A stretch of 23,278 nucleotides of DNA from an uncultured archaeon (GCA_902384455.1 CABMCB010000027.1:1-23278); one strand, 5' to 3'. Positions 8,086 through 17,785 are shown, counted from the stretch's first letter. The notes: generated by a model from the sequence alone, not told the origin. Program-made: numbers and translations.

Positions 8086-8928
8086 ATGAAGTCCGTTTCA
8101 GTTTCATTTGCGGTTTTGCTGTCTGTTTTTGCTTTAGGAGCGTTAGCTTCAGCTCAGGCGGCGGGCCCTAAGGTCACAGTAGTGGGGAATTCCATTGATC
8201 TGCCCCCCGTGCAGGGATTCCTCGACAACTTAGCGACTGCGGGGGTCACTGTGACTGCTGTTTCAGCGCAGGATTTCGCCCCGCACAAGAACGATTCACT
8301 GATATTCATCCTCGGCGGACAAAATGCACCTGAAGGAGTCGGAGACTTAGTTAGCGGCCTGCTTACTCAGTCGGAAAAAGACGAGTTGATGTCCCGCTGG
8401 GATGCCCGAACCATAGTCATATTGCCTAACGTCTGGGCGGCAAAGCAGAAGGTGATAATATTCGCAGGCCACGAAAAAGAGCAGACTCGCCTCTTGTTCG
8501 GCGAAACCCAAGGCGACATACTTAAGACGCTGAAATTCAACGACAGCGCATTGCCCGACAACTACACCGCAAGCATAGTCCCAGTTCCCCCAACAGACCC
8601 CTCGCAACCGTTCACCGAAGTAGACCCCTACCAAGCCAACTCAATAATCAAGACGATACCCGGCATCACGGCAATAGACGTCCGTGGCAAGGAATTCTAC
8701 GCGGTAGGCCACATACCCGGGGCAATAAACATCCCAGTCAGAGACTTGCCTTTGGCTATGAAAAGCTTGGATAAAAACGGGACTTACATCCTAAACTGCG
8801 GCGGAAACTCCGAAAGCATAAAAGCAGGAAACATGATGGCGGCCGAAGGATTCACTAAGATTTACCGGTTGGTGGACGGTTATATGGCTTGGCGTAAGGC
8901 GGGTTTCCCGCGGGAGAAATCAGCTTAG
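8086..8928 (+). CDS. Exported protein with archaeal surface-type N-terminal domain and C-terminal rhodanese domain
   Basis: Signal peptide; NSID...IFILGGQNAPEGVG...VIIFAG domain; rhodanese motifs IDVR, GHIPGAINIP, CGGNSES loop and GYMAWRKAGFP. Confidence 0.85.
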   Translation: MKSVSVSFAVLLSVFALGALASAQAAGPKVTVVGNSIDLPPVQGFLDNLATAGVTVTAVSAQDFAPHKNDSLIFILGGQNAPEGVGDLVSGLLTQSEKDELMSRWDARTIVILPNVWAAKQKVIIFAGHEKEQTRLLFGETQGDILKTLKFNDSALPDNYTASIVPVPPTDPSQPFTEVDPYQANSIIKTIPGITAIDVRGKEFYAVGHIPGAINIPVRDLPLAMKSLDKNGTYILNCGGNSESIKAGNMMAAEGFTKIYRLVDGYMAWRKAGFPREKSA

Positions 8929-9327
8929 ATGGCTAAGACTTGGTTGTTTGCCGCATTATTGGCGTTTGCCTTTGTCGGCGGCTGCCTTAATCAGGAGGTT
9001 TCATCGGAAAAAGGATTTTTAGAGGGGAAAGTCACCATAGGCCCAATTTGTCCCGTCGAGAGGCCTGATGTTCCTTGTCCTGTGCCTCCGGAAGCGTATG
9101 AGGCGCGCAAAGTCTTAGTGTACGCCGCTGATAAAACAAATCTTGTTGCTGAAGTCCATATCGATAACTCAACAGGTATGTATCAAACCCAGTTGAGTCC
9201 AGGAGTTTACGTGGTGGACGTAACCCACAGCGGAGTAGGCGGCGCAAGGTCTTTGCCAGCGCAAGTTACTGTAGAGTCAAACAAGACCGTCATACTGGAC
9301 ATAGACGTAGACACAGGGATAAGATGA
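8929..9327 (+). CDS. Lipoprotein with beta-sandwich (carboxypeptidase-regulatory-like) domain
   Basis: GGCL lipobox; GKVTIGPICPVERP..CP; GMYQTQLSPGVYVV; ends VDTGIR. Abuts the upstream stop. Confidence 0.8.
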   Translation: MAKTWLFAALLAFAFVGGCLNQEVSSEKGFLEGKVTIGPICPVERPDVPCPVPPEAYEARKVLVYAADKTNLVAEVHIDNSTGMYQTQLSPGVYVVDVTHSGVGGARSLPAQVTVESNKTVILDIDVDTGIR

Positions 9328-9334
9328 TTTCTCT

Positions 9335-12300
9335 TTAGGTCTGCCTAAACCATCCTCCCATTTCGATAAACCTCTGCAGCCCCTCTTCATCCGCCTCCCT
9401 TTCTCGCTCCTCTAAAACCGCCTTTGACGCTCCACTAAGCCTCGCCGGGTCCCTCAGTATCTCCACAAATCCTCCCATCACCTCCTCCCCGGTCACGCGC
9501 CTAAAATTAAAGTGTTCCGCCTGCAAGAGGGTTTCAAGGGAATAGATGTTTGATGCGTTGACTAATTCAGGGCTTAATCTGCCGCTTCCTCCTGCGGCAA
9601 ACGGTGCCAAAACCTCCTCGCAGTATACCCGTGCGGCATCAGCCCTCAATTCCTCGAAGGGAAACGACCTCTCCAAAGTCCAAGCAATCATGTCAGCACG
9701 GTATGCTGTGCGGGACGTTGGCGCTTCAGGCGAAAGAGAGTAGTCAAGAAGCCGGAAGGCCCTGTCTCTGGGGAGCGCAGGCTGCCTCTCAAACATTTCC
9801 GAAACAGCGCGCGCATCGCCGAAAGCATGCTGTATCCTCTCATCACTCCATGTTCCGCCTGCAACCGTATCCTCGACAACCCTCAACACCATAGACTCAT
9901 TGAAGTCTCTGGCAGAATCAGCAGGCCATCCGCGTTCGGGGGCAAAGTACCCTCCTCTCTCAACGTGCTCTAAAACATGCCTAAGTCTTCCTGCCTCATC
10001 TATGCGGTCTGAAAACAAAGTGGCCGCCTCAACCGAATCTAATCTGTCCAGTACCCTTTCCGAATATAGCGCCCCTACTTGTTTGGCGAATTCGCCTCTG
10101 AATCCGTGCGCCTGAAGTGTCCTTGTCAATTCGGCAGCGGTCTTTTCCATATCGGTGAAAAGGAGGTCGTCGACTGAAACCTCCCTCGGAGGAGCGCTTG
10201 CAGGTTCGGCGGCCCGCACAAGATTCCGGTATTCCCCCAGTGCCGTATCAAATCCTTTCGCCCTAAGGTCTGAGCTCCTTATCCTGCTGTCTGCGATGTA
10301 CGTCTGCCACATGTAAGGCAGGCATTCCGGAGCGCCGGATTCCAACGATGAAAGCATCCAGTCCGCTTTTGTCCCCTGACCTTCGTTTACGAACCGCAGG
10401 TACTCTTCAATGAACCTGGGGTGCAGTGCCCTCAGTCTTTCAGGGCCGATGTCCTCAAGCACTCTTTGAAGTCTCGGTTGGTCCGATAGTAGTCTTACGG
10501 CAGTCTGAGGTCTGATGTCTTCTATTGCGGCCACTGCGGCTTCTCCGGCTGCTGGGACCGTCCTAAGAAGTAAGGCTAATCTCTCAAGGTTCCCGACGTT
10601 AATCTGCCCTCCGTAAGGGAACATGAGGTCTACTGTTTGGCGGCCGTCTTTTTCCAATGCGCCGACGTCCTGCGATTCAAGAAGAGTTTTTTCGTCTAAG
10701 ACAGCCATGCTGAATGCCGCCTTCATTTGTGCGTGCATTACTCTGCGGCAGTTTTCGGCTTTTATTCTGGTGTGCATTCCGTTTCCGTTCCAGACGGTTT
10801 CCCAAAGTTCTTGTGCGTATTCGCCTATTTCCTTGGAGCGTTCGACAGCGTTTTGGGCTGATGCTGAAACGTCCAGTTGGGCGTTTGCCATTTCCAATAG
10901 GTGCTGCATGTATAGGTCGCGGGCGATGGTGACGTCGCCTACGCCGAGGAGTATTTCCGCCAACCTGCCGTTTTCAACTAGGCCTGATACTGAGGCGGTT
11001 TTTTGAGGGGATTCTGCCGGTCCTTGGGCTATTCCTACGAGCAGTGCGAGTCCTGTGGAGCGCATTTCCGGGTCTAGGCGTCGGTCTCTTACGAAGCGAG
11101 TTAAATTCTGTTCCGTTGGTGGCAAAGTGACTTCCGGCACCATTACGCAGACGGTGAGTGCGGCGGAAGCTTCTTGGGGGTTAAGTTGAGCTGTAATACT
11201 GCGTGAGGATACGGTTTCAAGCAGTCTGCTTCGTGTTTCGCCGCTCATTGCGCCAAGTAAGTCAAGCGTCGTCTCGCCTTCAGGCTGACTTAAAGTTGGG
11301 GTATCCAGCATCTGTAGGCAGCCGATGAAAGGCTGCGAAACTAGGTAATTCCATGCGTCGCGTCCTACTCCCCCGTTAAGAAGTCGCGCGTATTTTATGG
11401 CTGTTGTGGGAGGAAGCGTTCCTATCGCGGCAACGGAAGAGTCGTCAATCAGGCGGCTTAATCCTGTTGAATCGGAAACGTGCCCCCTGAGCATTGTAGC
11501 ATAAACCTCCGCGTTCTCTCCCGCCGAAGACACAGCTTCGACGGCCTTGAATATGTTGTTTGCTTGCGTTTGTTGTTGGATGAGGTTTCCTTGGTTCGCT
11601 TGTATGTCCTCTTGGGTTCTTACTGCGTGCGCGTGCCAGACTTCGCGGGCAAGCGGCTCGTCCACGAGGGCTAGTCCAGTGACTCTCCTTATGAAGTCCT
11701 CAGTCTCATGAATCCCTTCCATCCGTGTTGATGAAGGCGTAAGCATGTCTTCGGCATCCTGAATTTCCCTAAGCCTGTCGGCGTCTTCTGTTTGTCGGGC
11801 AATCCTGCCTTTGGATTCAACAAGACGCCTGATGTCTGCGGCTTCTCTCCTTAGGACTCTGACGTCAACAACCTGCCTGCCAGATCCGTCTTCAGTTTCA
11901 ATAGTCACCGTTTCGCCGGCGGCTCTTTGTGTGATGTCTAATGCGGCGTTGGCTTTGCCTTCAAGCTGCCTAAGGTGCGGCAGAAAAGCGGAGTCGTCAG
12001 TGCCGACTGCCGTGAAAGCGTTGGCCACTTCGCCCCAGGCGACGTCTGCCGCAGCAGTGTCTGCTCGTGCGGTCGAAGTTTTGCCGCCGAATTTCCTTAT
12101 TCTTGCGTCTACGACGCAGTCCAGTATAAGAGCGTACGCCTGTTTTTCCCCTTCCAATGCGTCGCCGTTTCTGAGTCCGTCGCATAATCTGGCAAGACCA
12201 GAAACATCCGATGCTTCGTCCAACGCAGCTATCTGGTTCAGGTTGCTGCTGAAAATATGGGCGTTGCCGACTCTGGCAACAATCATCTTAGGGTTGTTTG

Positions 12301-13618
12301 GCGTCACCGCTTCATAGTTCATTTCAGGGTCAGAGAGCGCCTGAATGACTCCGCTAGAATACCTCAAAGGCGGATTGGCCACCTCAGTAAGCCACTGAGT
12401 AAGCCGTCCGCCCTCTTGCGCCGCCTTCGCCTCGCCCAGAAAAGCAACCGCCTCCCTGCGGTGCAACTCGAATTCCTCCCCCTGCTCCTCGTCCGAGTAA
12501 GCCAAAACAAGGGCTGTCTGGCCGCTTCTTGTGAACTTGTAGATAAGCCCGAACCTGTTTGATTCTGCTTCGGTCGTATCCTCAATAATCTGCAAAAACC
12601 TGTTTCTTGACGAAGAATGCTCTATGTGGCTTTCATAGTAGTCTCTTACCTGCGCAAGCTCCTCGTCCTGGTACCTGTTCGCCCACTTGCACCTTGCCAT
12701 CAAAGTGAGGACGTCCATTGTTTCTTGCGGGAAAAAGTACTCTGCGACTTCGCCGCTGTCGTTAGCCTCCATCATCGCCTTTAGTCTGCCGTATACTCTC
12801 AGGCGTATCAGATTGTCTTCCGCTTTCTTGCCTTCAGCGTCTGGCTCAGTCTGCGCAAGATGTTGCGTAAACTTGCGCCATTCGGCGGTGTCTGACTGCA
12901 TCGGCTGAACGTACTCAAGTGCGCTTCCTCTTCTAGCAAGGCCTGCGAACTCCGTGCCGAGCTGTCGTATGCCCTCTATAGTGAGGAATTCGCCGGCGAC
13001 CTCCTGAATCCAATCCACCTCGTCCCTTGACAGCCGCCAGTAAACGTTAGGCGGAGGCAACAAAGCGTCCCGCAGATCCTTCTGCGCCGCAACAGCGTCT
13101 CCCCTCAACTGTTTAGTCAAAGCGAAAAGCCGCGGATCCTCAATCAAACCAGTGCTCCTAAATATCCCCTCAGCAAGTTCAGCATATGCGGCCGTCATGT
13201 CCGCAGTGGAAACCTCCCTCAGCCTCCTTAACGCGGCAGCCGCTCCTATGGCGTCGCTTGTGTTGAATGCGACGTTCAATTCGGCTATGCACGCAACGGA
13301 TTGGTCTACGTTCCTGACGTTGACGTATTCAACGGCTTTGTCTGGTAGTTGTTCCAGGATGCGGGCTCTTTTTTCCGGCGCGTACCCCGGTATCAGTATT
13401 CCCCTGAATTGAGGCTCTAGTTCCCTGCGTTTTCCCGGCGGCGCAGCCCTGACCTCCTGGACTAATGCCTTAACCTGCTCAAGAGGGACGTCTTCTCCGA
13501 AAAAAATCGGCGTAACCCTGCCCTCCACGTACTCTTCGCCTGCCTCCTTTAATTCCTCCATCATACGATGAGTTGGTCCTTTAGTTTGCCAAGGATTGCC
13601 GAACCTGGGGCGGGACAT
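9335..13618 (-). CDS. Large hypothetical alpha-helical protein (1427 aa)
   Basis: 4.3-kb uninterrupted ORF, A/E/R/L-rich, no signal peptide, TM segment or catalytic motif recognised. TTTTAAC TATA-like element ~25 nt upstream. Confidence 0.85.
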   Translation of the reverse strand: MSRPRFGNPWQTKGPTHRMMEELKEAGEEYVEGRVTPIFFGEDVPLEQVKALVQEVRAAPPGKRRELEPQFRGILIPGYAPEKRARILEQLPDKAVEYVNVRNVDQSVACIAELNVAFNTSDAIGAAAALRRLREVSTADMTAAYAELAEGIFRSTGLIEDPRLFALTKQLRGDAVAAQKDLRDALLPPPNVYWRLSRDEVDWIQEVAGEFLTIEGIRQLGTEFAGLARRGSALEYVQPMQSDTAEWRKFTQHLAQTEPDAEGKKAEDNLIRLRVYGRLKAMMEANDSGEVAEYFFPQETMDVLTLMARCKWANRYQDEELAQVRDYYESHIEHSSSRNRFLQIIEDTTEAESNRFGLIYKFTRSGQTALVLAYSDEEQGEEFELHRREAVAFLGEAKAAQEGGRLTQWLTEVANPPLRYSSGVIQALSDPEMNYEAVTPNNPKMIVARVGNAHIFSSNLNQIAALDEASDVSGLARLCDGLRNGDALEGEKQAYALILDCVVDARIRKFGGKTSTARADTAAADVAWGEVANAFTAVGTDDSAFLPHLRQLEGKANAALDITQRAAGETVTIETEDGSGRQVVDVRVLRREAADIRRLVESKGRIARQTEDADRLREIQDAEDMLTPSSTRMEGIHETEDFIRRVTGLALVDEPLAREVWHAHAVRTQEDIQANQGNLIQQQTQANNIFKAVEAVSSAGENAEVYATMLRGHVSDSTGLSRLIDDSSVAAIGTLPPTTAIKYARLLNGGVGRDAWNYLVSQPFIGCLQMLDTPTLSQPEGETTLDLLGAMSGETRSRLLETVSSRSITAQLNPQEASAALTVCVMVPEVTLPPTEQNLTRFVRDRRLDPEMRSTGLALLVGIAQGPAESPQKTASVSGLVENGRLAEILLGVGDVTIARDLYMQHLLEMANAQLDVSASAQNAVERSKEIGEYAQELWETVWNGNGMHTRIKAENCRRVMHAQMKAAFSMAVLDEKTLLESQDVGALEKDGRQTVDLMFPYGGQINVGNLERLALLLRTVPAAGEAAVAAIEDIRPQTAVRLLSDQPRLQRVLEDIGPERLRALHPRFIEEYLRFVNEGQGTKADWMLSSLESGAPECLPYMWQTYIADSRIRSSDLRAKGFDTALGEYRNLVRAAEPASAPPREVSVDDLLFTDMEKTAAELTRTLQAHGFRGEFAKQVGALYSERVLDRLDSVEAATLFSDRIDEAGRLRHVLEHVERGGYFAPERGWPADSARDFNESMVLRVVEDTVAGGTWSDERIQHAFGDARAVSEMFERQPALPRDRAFRLLDYSLSPEAPTSRTAYRADMIAWTLERSFPFEELRADAARVYCEEVLAPFAAGGSGRLSPELVNASNIYSLETLLQAEHFNFRRVTGEEVMGGFVEILRDPARLSGASKAVLEEREREADEEGLQRFIEMGGWFRQT

Positions 13619-13725
13619 TGTTTAATTTTAAGGCGGGAAAGTTAAAATGTGCCTGCGCATCGGGATTTAAGGCCTAAAGGCGTCGTGTCGGCCTGATTAA
13701 ATACATCGTTTTCCCCGTATCCTAT

Positions 13726-14637
13726 GTGGAATTGCATCGTGGGCCTGCTGAATATGCTGATGCTCCTTTTATCCGTCGGCAGAGTCAGGAGATTGATGTC
13801 CCTGATTTGATGAGGCGTGCTGTTGTTGAAAGAACGGTGTTTGATGAGATGCGTTCTGACGCCCGAGGGGTTTTAGATGTGAGCAAAGCCAGGTGGCCTT
13901 GGGCTTTTGGTGCGTTGCCTTATAGCGAGAGGGATTTAGCTGAGGCTCCCAGCCGTTTGTTGTCTCAGAACCTTACGCAGTTGGGCGACGTTCAGGGCAA
14001 AGTGTTTCTTGACGCAGGAAGCGGATTAGGCAGGGACACTTTGTTTCTTCTTCGGCGGGGGGCTGAGGTGTACTCCGTAGACATGAACATGCACGCGCTG
14101 GACTTCCAGCATCGATGGGCTGCGCGCCTAGAGCTTCCAGGGAAACTTTGGACTGTGGTTGCGGGAATGGAAAACTTCAGTATGGACGTTCCCTTCGACG
14201 GCGTCATATCAAACCTAAGCCTCGGCCGCATGAGAACAGATAGGGATGCTTTGGACTTCATACATTACGCTCAGGCTCATACACGGAAAGGAGGCATGAA
14301 CTTGGTCGCAGCGTTCACACCCGAAAACAAGATAATCAACCCCTCTTTGTTTGGGCAGGCCACGCTGCTGACGGCCGATGAAACGTTTGACTGGTACTTC
14401 GGTTCCTGGATGAGCAGGCGGACTTTAAGCCGCTTCATAGGCGACCAAGTTGCTTTGTTGTCTAACGGCGCAATTGAGGCTGCGCCTATGTACGCTCCAG
14501 TCGGAAGGTGGGAGGACATCAATTCCCACGCGAGGGAAGAACTAGACCATTCTAAAGCCACGTTTCCCGTGCCAGAATACCCTGAAGGCATTAATCCAAA
14601 AAGGATCGCTGTCCAAGTCTCAGCGCGAAAAAAGTGA
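13726..14637 (+). CDS. Class I SAM-dependent methyltransferase (TehB-like core with extensions)
   Basis: Motif I FLDAGSGLGRD, VYSVDMN, FDGVISN, HTRKGGMNLV. ATTAAATA ~23 nt upstream of the GTG start. Confidence 0.85.
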   Translation: MELHRGPAEYADAPFIRRQSQEIDVPDLMRRAVVERTVFDEMRSDARGVLDVSKARWPWAFGALPYSERDLAEAPSRLLSQNLTQLGDVQGKVFLDAGSGLGRDTLFLLRRGAEVYSVDMNMHALDFQHRWAARLELPGKLWTVVAGMENFSMDVPFDGVISNLSLGRMRTDRDALDFIHYAQAHTRKGGMNLVAAFTPENKIINPSLFGQATLLTADETFDWYFGSWMSRRTLSRFIGDQVALLSNGAIEAAPMYAPVGRWEDINSHAREELDHSKATFPVPEYPEGINPKRIAVQVSARKK

Positions 14638-14645
14638 ATTTCGCC

Positions 14646-16052
14646 TTACGCGGCAATCAAAGTGAGTATCCTCTGCCCCTCATCGCGTCTGCCTCTGCCG
14701 TAATCAACGCCGTCTATCCTCGCAAGCGAGTGGGCAAGACTGCGCGCCCTATCGCTGTCGGAAGTCTCCTCAATATGGTGAATAAGAGGGATCGCATCAG
14801 GCTGGTCCAAGAAGTAAGCAAGACTTGCAGCGCATTGATTCTGAATGGAAAGATGGCGTTCAGTCGGATCCAACGCGTCGGCAGAAACCAAAACCGCAGC
14901 CTTCCTTTTAAGTTCATCCAACTCCTGCGGCCTAAGTGCCGCAGGCAGTTCTCCGTGCTCCCCAAGTAAGCGCTCTTTGACTTCGTTTTCAAGGCTTCTC
15001 ACGCGCGCACTCGACCCAGAATTCCCTCTCGCATGCCTGCGTAGGACGTCAAAAGCCGAAGCGACACGTCTTTCTCTAGCGTTTCTGTCGTCCTCCGGAG
15101 TCAAAGCCGCCAAAACCAGGCCGAATTCATCCGAAATCCTCGCAGACCTCTCCCTGTCAGGCCTAACACTCTCCTGCGCCCCAGCGTAATCCCGCCTGCT
15201 TTGCCGATACACCCCACCAATCAAATCGACTGCGTCCTGAGGCCTCACCTTACCGCTGAAAGTCAAATAATCCAACATAAGCGGATAAGCCGGAGAATAC
15301 CCGTTGTCAACGATTCCGCCGAACACGGCATGGAATTCGCCCGCAGCAAAAGGATTATCCGACTCGACCCCGCCACGCCACTCCAACACGTCCAAAAGGA
15401 GCGGCCTATATTTGTTGTGCGCGAAGTCCCTCTGAACGAGGACGACGCCCATCTGACGTCTCCTGCTGTCTGGTGGACAAGTCATACGCCTCAACGAATC
15501 CGCCCTCAAATTCATCGGCCTTGTTTCGTCCAGCATCTGCTCTCTTAGCGCAGACAAGAAGTTGTGTTCAAGTATTACGTCAAGTATGTCCGTTCTCACC
15601 TTACGTACGCCGTCTACGCTTGTACCTGCTTCTATGCCGGCTGCGGCAATCCTCCCGTACATTCCTTCGTCGTTTACTGTATACTTAATAAAGTTTTCTG
15701 CTTTCCTCCAAGGTTGGTTTGAGGCGTAGACTTCCCGCGTAAGCCGCCTGTCAAGTCTCCTGATAAAAAAGTCTCTGCCTCTTTCGTCAAGCGCTTCCAT
15801 TACGTCCAGCTCGTGGAAGTTTCGCGCTACCACCGCGGCGACTTCATTCCTCCTTTCAGGGTCGGTGATGTCGGGGACATCCCTGAAAGTGGGAGACGAG
15901 GCTTTCTCGTAAGCGTATCTTTTAGGCGGGTCAGTAAGCAGCCCAACAATCTTGTCTATGACGTCGCCCTCGCCTGCAGACTTAAGCCAATTAAGACTGC
16001 TAAATGGGTCGTCGCCCGCAGACTGCCTCCTGCTGCCGTAGACGCTGGACAC
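14646..16052 (-). CDS. Hypothetical helical protein, possible C-terminal HEAT-like repeats
   Basis: Long ORF (track start TTG 16076). GTG 16052 preferred because CTTTTATT lies ~25 nt upstream. C-terminal AAASLA-like segment (CAASLAYF...DAIPLIHHI...ARSLA) resembles HEAT/PBS-lyase helices. Confidence 0.75.
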   Translation of the reverse strand: MSSVYGSRRQSAGDDPFSSLNWLKSAGEGDVIDKIVGLLTDPPKRYAYEKASSPTFRDVPDITDPERRNEVAAVVARNFHELDVMEALDERGRDFFIRRLDRRLTREVYASNQPWRKAENFIKYTVNDEGMYGRIAAAGIEAGTSVDGVRKVRTDILDVILEHNFLSALREQMLDETRPMNLRADSLRRMTCPPDSRRRQMGVVLVQRDFAHNKYRPLLLDVLEWRGGVESDNPFAAGEFHAVFGGIVDNGYSPAYPLMLDYLTFSGKVRPQDAVDLIGGVYRQSRRDYAGAQESVRPDRERSARISDEFGLVLAALTPEDDRNARERRVASAFDVLRRHARGNSGSSARVRSLENEVKERLLGEHGELPAALRPQELDELKRKAAVLVSADALDPTERHLSIQNQCAASLAYFLDQPDAIPLIHHIEETSDSDRARSLAHSLARIDGVDYGRGRRDEGQRILTLIAA

Positions 16053-16087
16053 AATAGAATATGGGATAAAATTCAATAAAAGACGAA

Positions 16088-16990
16088 TCAGATTTCAGTG
16101 TCGTTGATGAAAGTCAAATCCCCGCCTGCAGAAGCAAGCTCCAAAACCCTATCCAACTTCACCGTCTTAGGGTCGTACACAACGTAACTAACGTCGTCGT
16201 TGTAAACCAAACTCCTCGACTTAACCCCCGGCTCACTGTTGACCTCAGAGTTCACCGCAGGAACGCAGCTGGGGCAAAGCCACGCAATATGGAACATAGC
16301 CATCCTATACCCCTGCCCTCTAAACTTGTCCAAGTAAGGATTAGGTGGTACAGTCGTTGAAGTAGTGGACACGCTGATGTTGCATTCAGTGGGCGACGCA
16401 AAACTAAAAGAAGACGTATCAACGAAAATCCTAAGTTCATCTCTACAGTTTGCTAAATCCTCCAAAACAGCGTTACGCCCGCAGTGAACGCCCAAACGGT
16501 ACTCGTCCGCCACATTACCGTAAGCGTCCACCTCACCTTCACCCCTCAAAAGAACCTTCTCGAACGGCTTCATTTCACCCCCGCCGCAACTATAATAAAA
16601 CTTGGGGTTAGGGTTTGGTCCCCAGTTCTCTGAGATGTTGCCTGTGACATTAGCGTAAACAGTGTTCATCCCGCCCAACACTGTCTCCCTGCACTTATCC
16701 AGCTTAAACCAAGAAACCTCCAAAAAACGCGGCAAAGTCGAAGACGAAGTAGTAGAAGCAATAGTAGACGAGGCTGTAGTCGTAGTTGAGGTAAACGCAG
16801 TCGAAGAAGTCGTAGAGTACTCTACGGGATTCACAGTCGTAGTAGTCGCCTGAGGCGCAATTAAACTAGAATTACCCCGCAAAGAAACCTGAACAGGAAC
16901 ACCCCCCTCCCCACTCCTCAAACTAAACACCGCCGCCGCAACCAAACCCAAAGCAACCAGCCCAAAAACAAAGGCCTTCTTAGTGTCCAA
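16088..16990 (-). CDS. Membrane-anchored protein with Thr/Ser linkers and C-terminal HMA-like domain
   Basis: TTG start with GGAGG ~10 nt upstream; N-terminal TM; C-terminal WLCPSCVPAV...PGVKS...VVYDPKTVKLDRVL matches the heavy-metal-associated CxxC pattern. Confidence 0.75.
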   Translation of the reverse strand: MDTKKAFVFGLVALGLVAAAVFSLRSGEGGVPVQVSLRGNSSLIAPQATTTTVNPVEYSTTSSTAFTSTTTTASSTIASTTSSSTLPRFLEVSWFKLDKCRETVLGGMNTVYANVTGNISENWGPNPNPKFYYSCGGGEMKPFEKVLLRGEGEVDAYGNVADEYRLGVHCGRNAVLEDLANCRDELRIFVDTSSFSFASPTECNISVSTTSTTVPPNPYLDKFRGQGYRMAMFHIAWLCPSCVPAVNSEVNSEPGVKSRSLVYNDDVSYVVYDPKTVKLDRVLELASAGGDLTFINDTEI

Positions 16991-17164
16991 TACCCTACGC
17001 CTCCAGCTAAGTTAAGATAAGCCTCAGATTAGATAAAAAGCAGCCGGTTACCACACAGTAACCCAAAAAGAAAATAGCCGCAACAACAACTAAAGCAAAC
17101 AACACCGCAGTCTACTCCTACAAGAGTAACAAGTCGCTTTTTAGGTTTCTTTTCGCATTACAAA

Positions 17165-17785
17165 ATGAAAATGAAAACCTTCTTATTCGCACTGGCGTTA
17201 TTCGCCCTCGTGTTATCCGCCCCCAGCGCCTTAGCGTCCACATGCGCCAAAGACGGATACACCACCGCATGCTGGGCCTGCCAAAACCAAGACACCGGCG
17301 CATTCGATACTATCACTGATGTATGCAAAGCTAAAGGTAAGGCGCGCGCCTCAGCATGCATGGTGGCGAACTACCCGATGGCTTCAGCCAAATACTTCGA
17401 CGGAAAATGCCCGACTCTCGAGCGTTGCATCGAGCAACTTCAGACATGCGACGCACAACAATGCACAGGCGACACCCACGAAAAATGCACTAGCGTCATA
17501 CACGGCTTTGGAAGCTGCAGCGACTGCTACGTGGCCGCAGACAAATGCTCTACGTTGGCCGCCAAAAACTGCGACCTTCAGTGCGGCGACGGCAAGTGCG
17601 AAGCAGATCAAGGCGAAACGAATTGCTGCCAAGACTGCGGCTGCCCTCAAACGGGAATGACTTGCGGCGACGACGGATTTTGCTTCGCAACAGGAGGAGG
17701 ATGCTGGCTTCCCGCTCTTCCCATACTGCTTACAGCACTAATGGGAGCCGCAGCAGAAGCCGCCAAACACATAAAAATAATATAA
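17165..17785 (+). CDS. Cys-rich secreted protein with C-terminal GGGC + hydrophobic anchor
   Basis: Signal peptide ending ALA; more than 20 Cys; CGDGKCE...ETNCCQDCGCP module; GGGCWLPALPILLTALMG tail followed by basic residues. Confidence 0.8.
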   Translation: MKMKTFLFALALFALVLSAPSALASTCAKDGYTTACWACQNQDTGAFDTITDVCKAKGKARASACMVANYPMASAKYFDGKCPTLERCIEQLQTCDAQQCTGDTHEKCTSVIHGFGSCSDCYVAADKCSTLAAKNCDLQCGDGKCEADQGETNCCQDCGCPQTGMTCGDDGFCFATGGGCWLPALPILLTALMGAAAEAAKHIKII

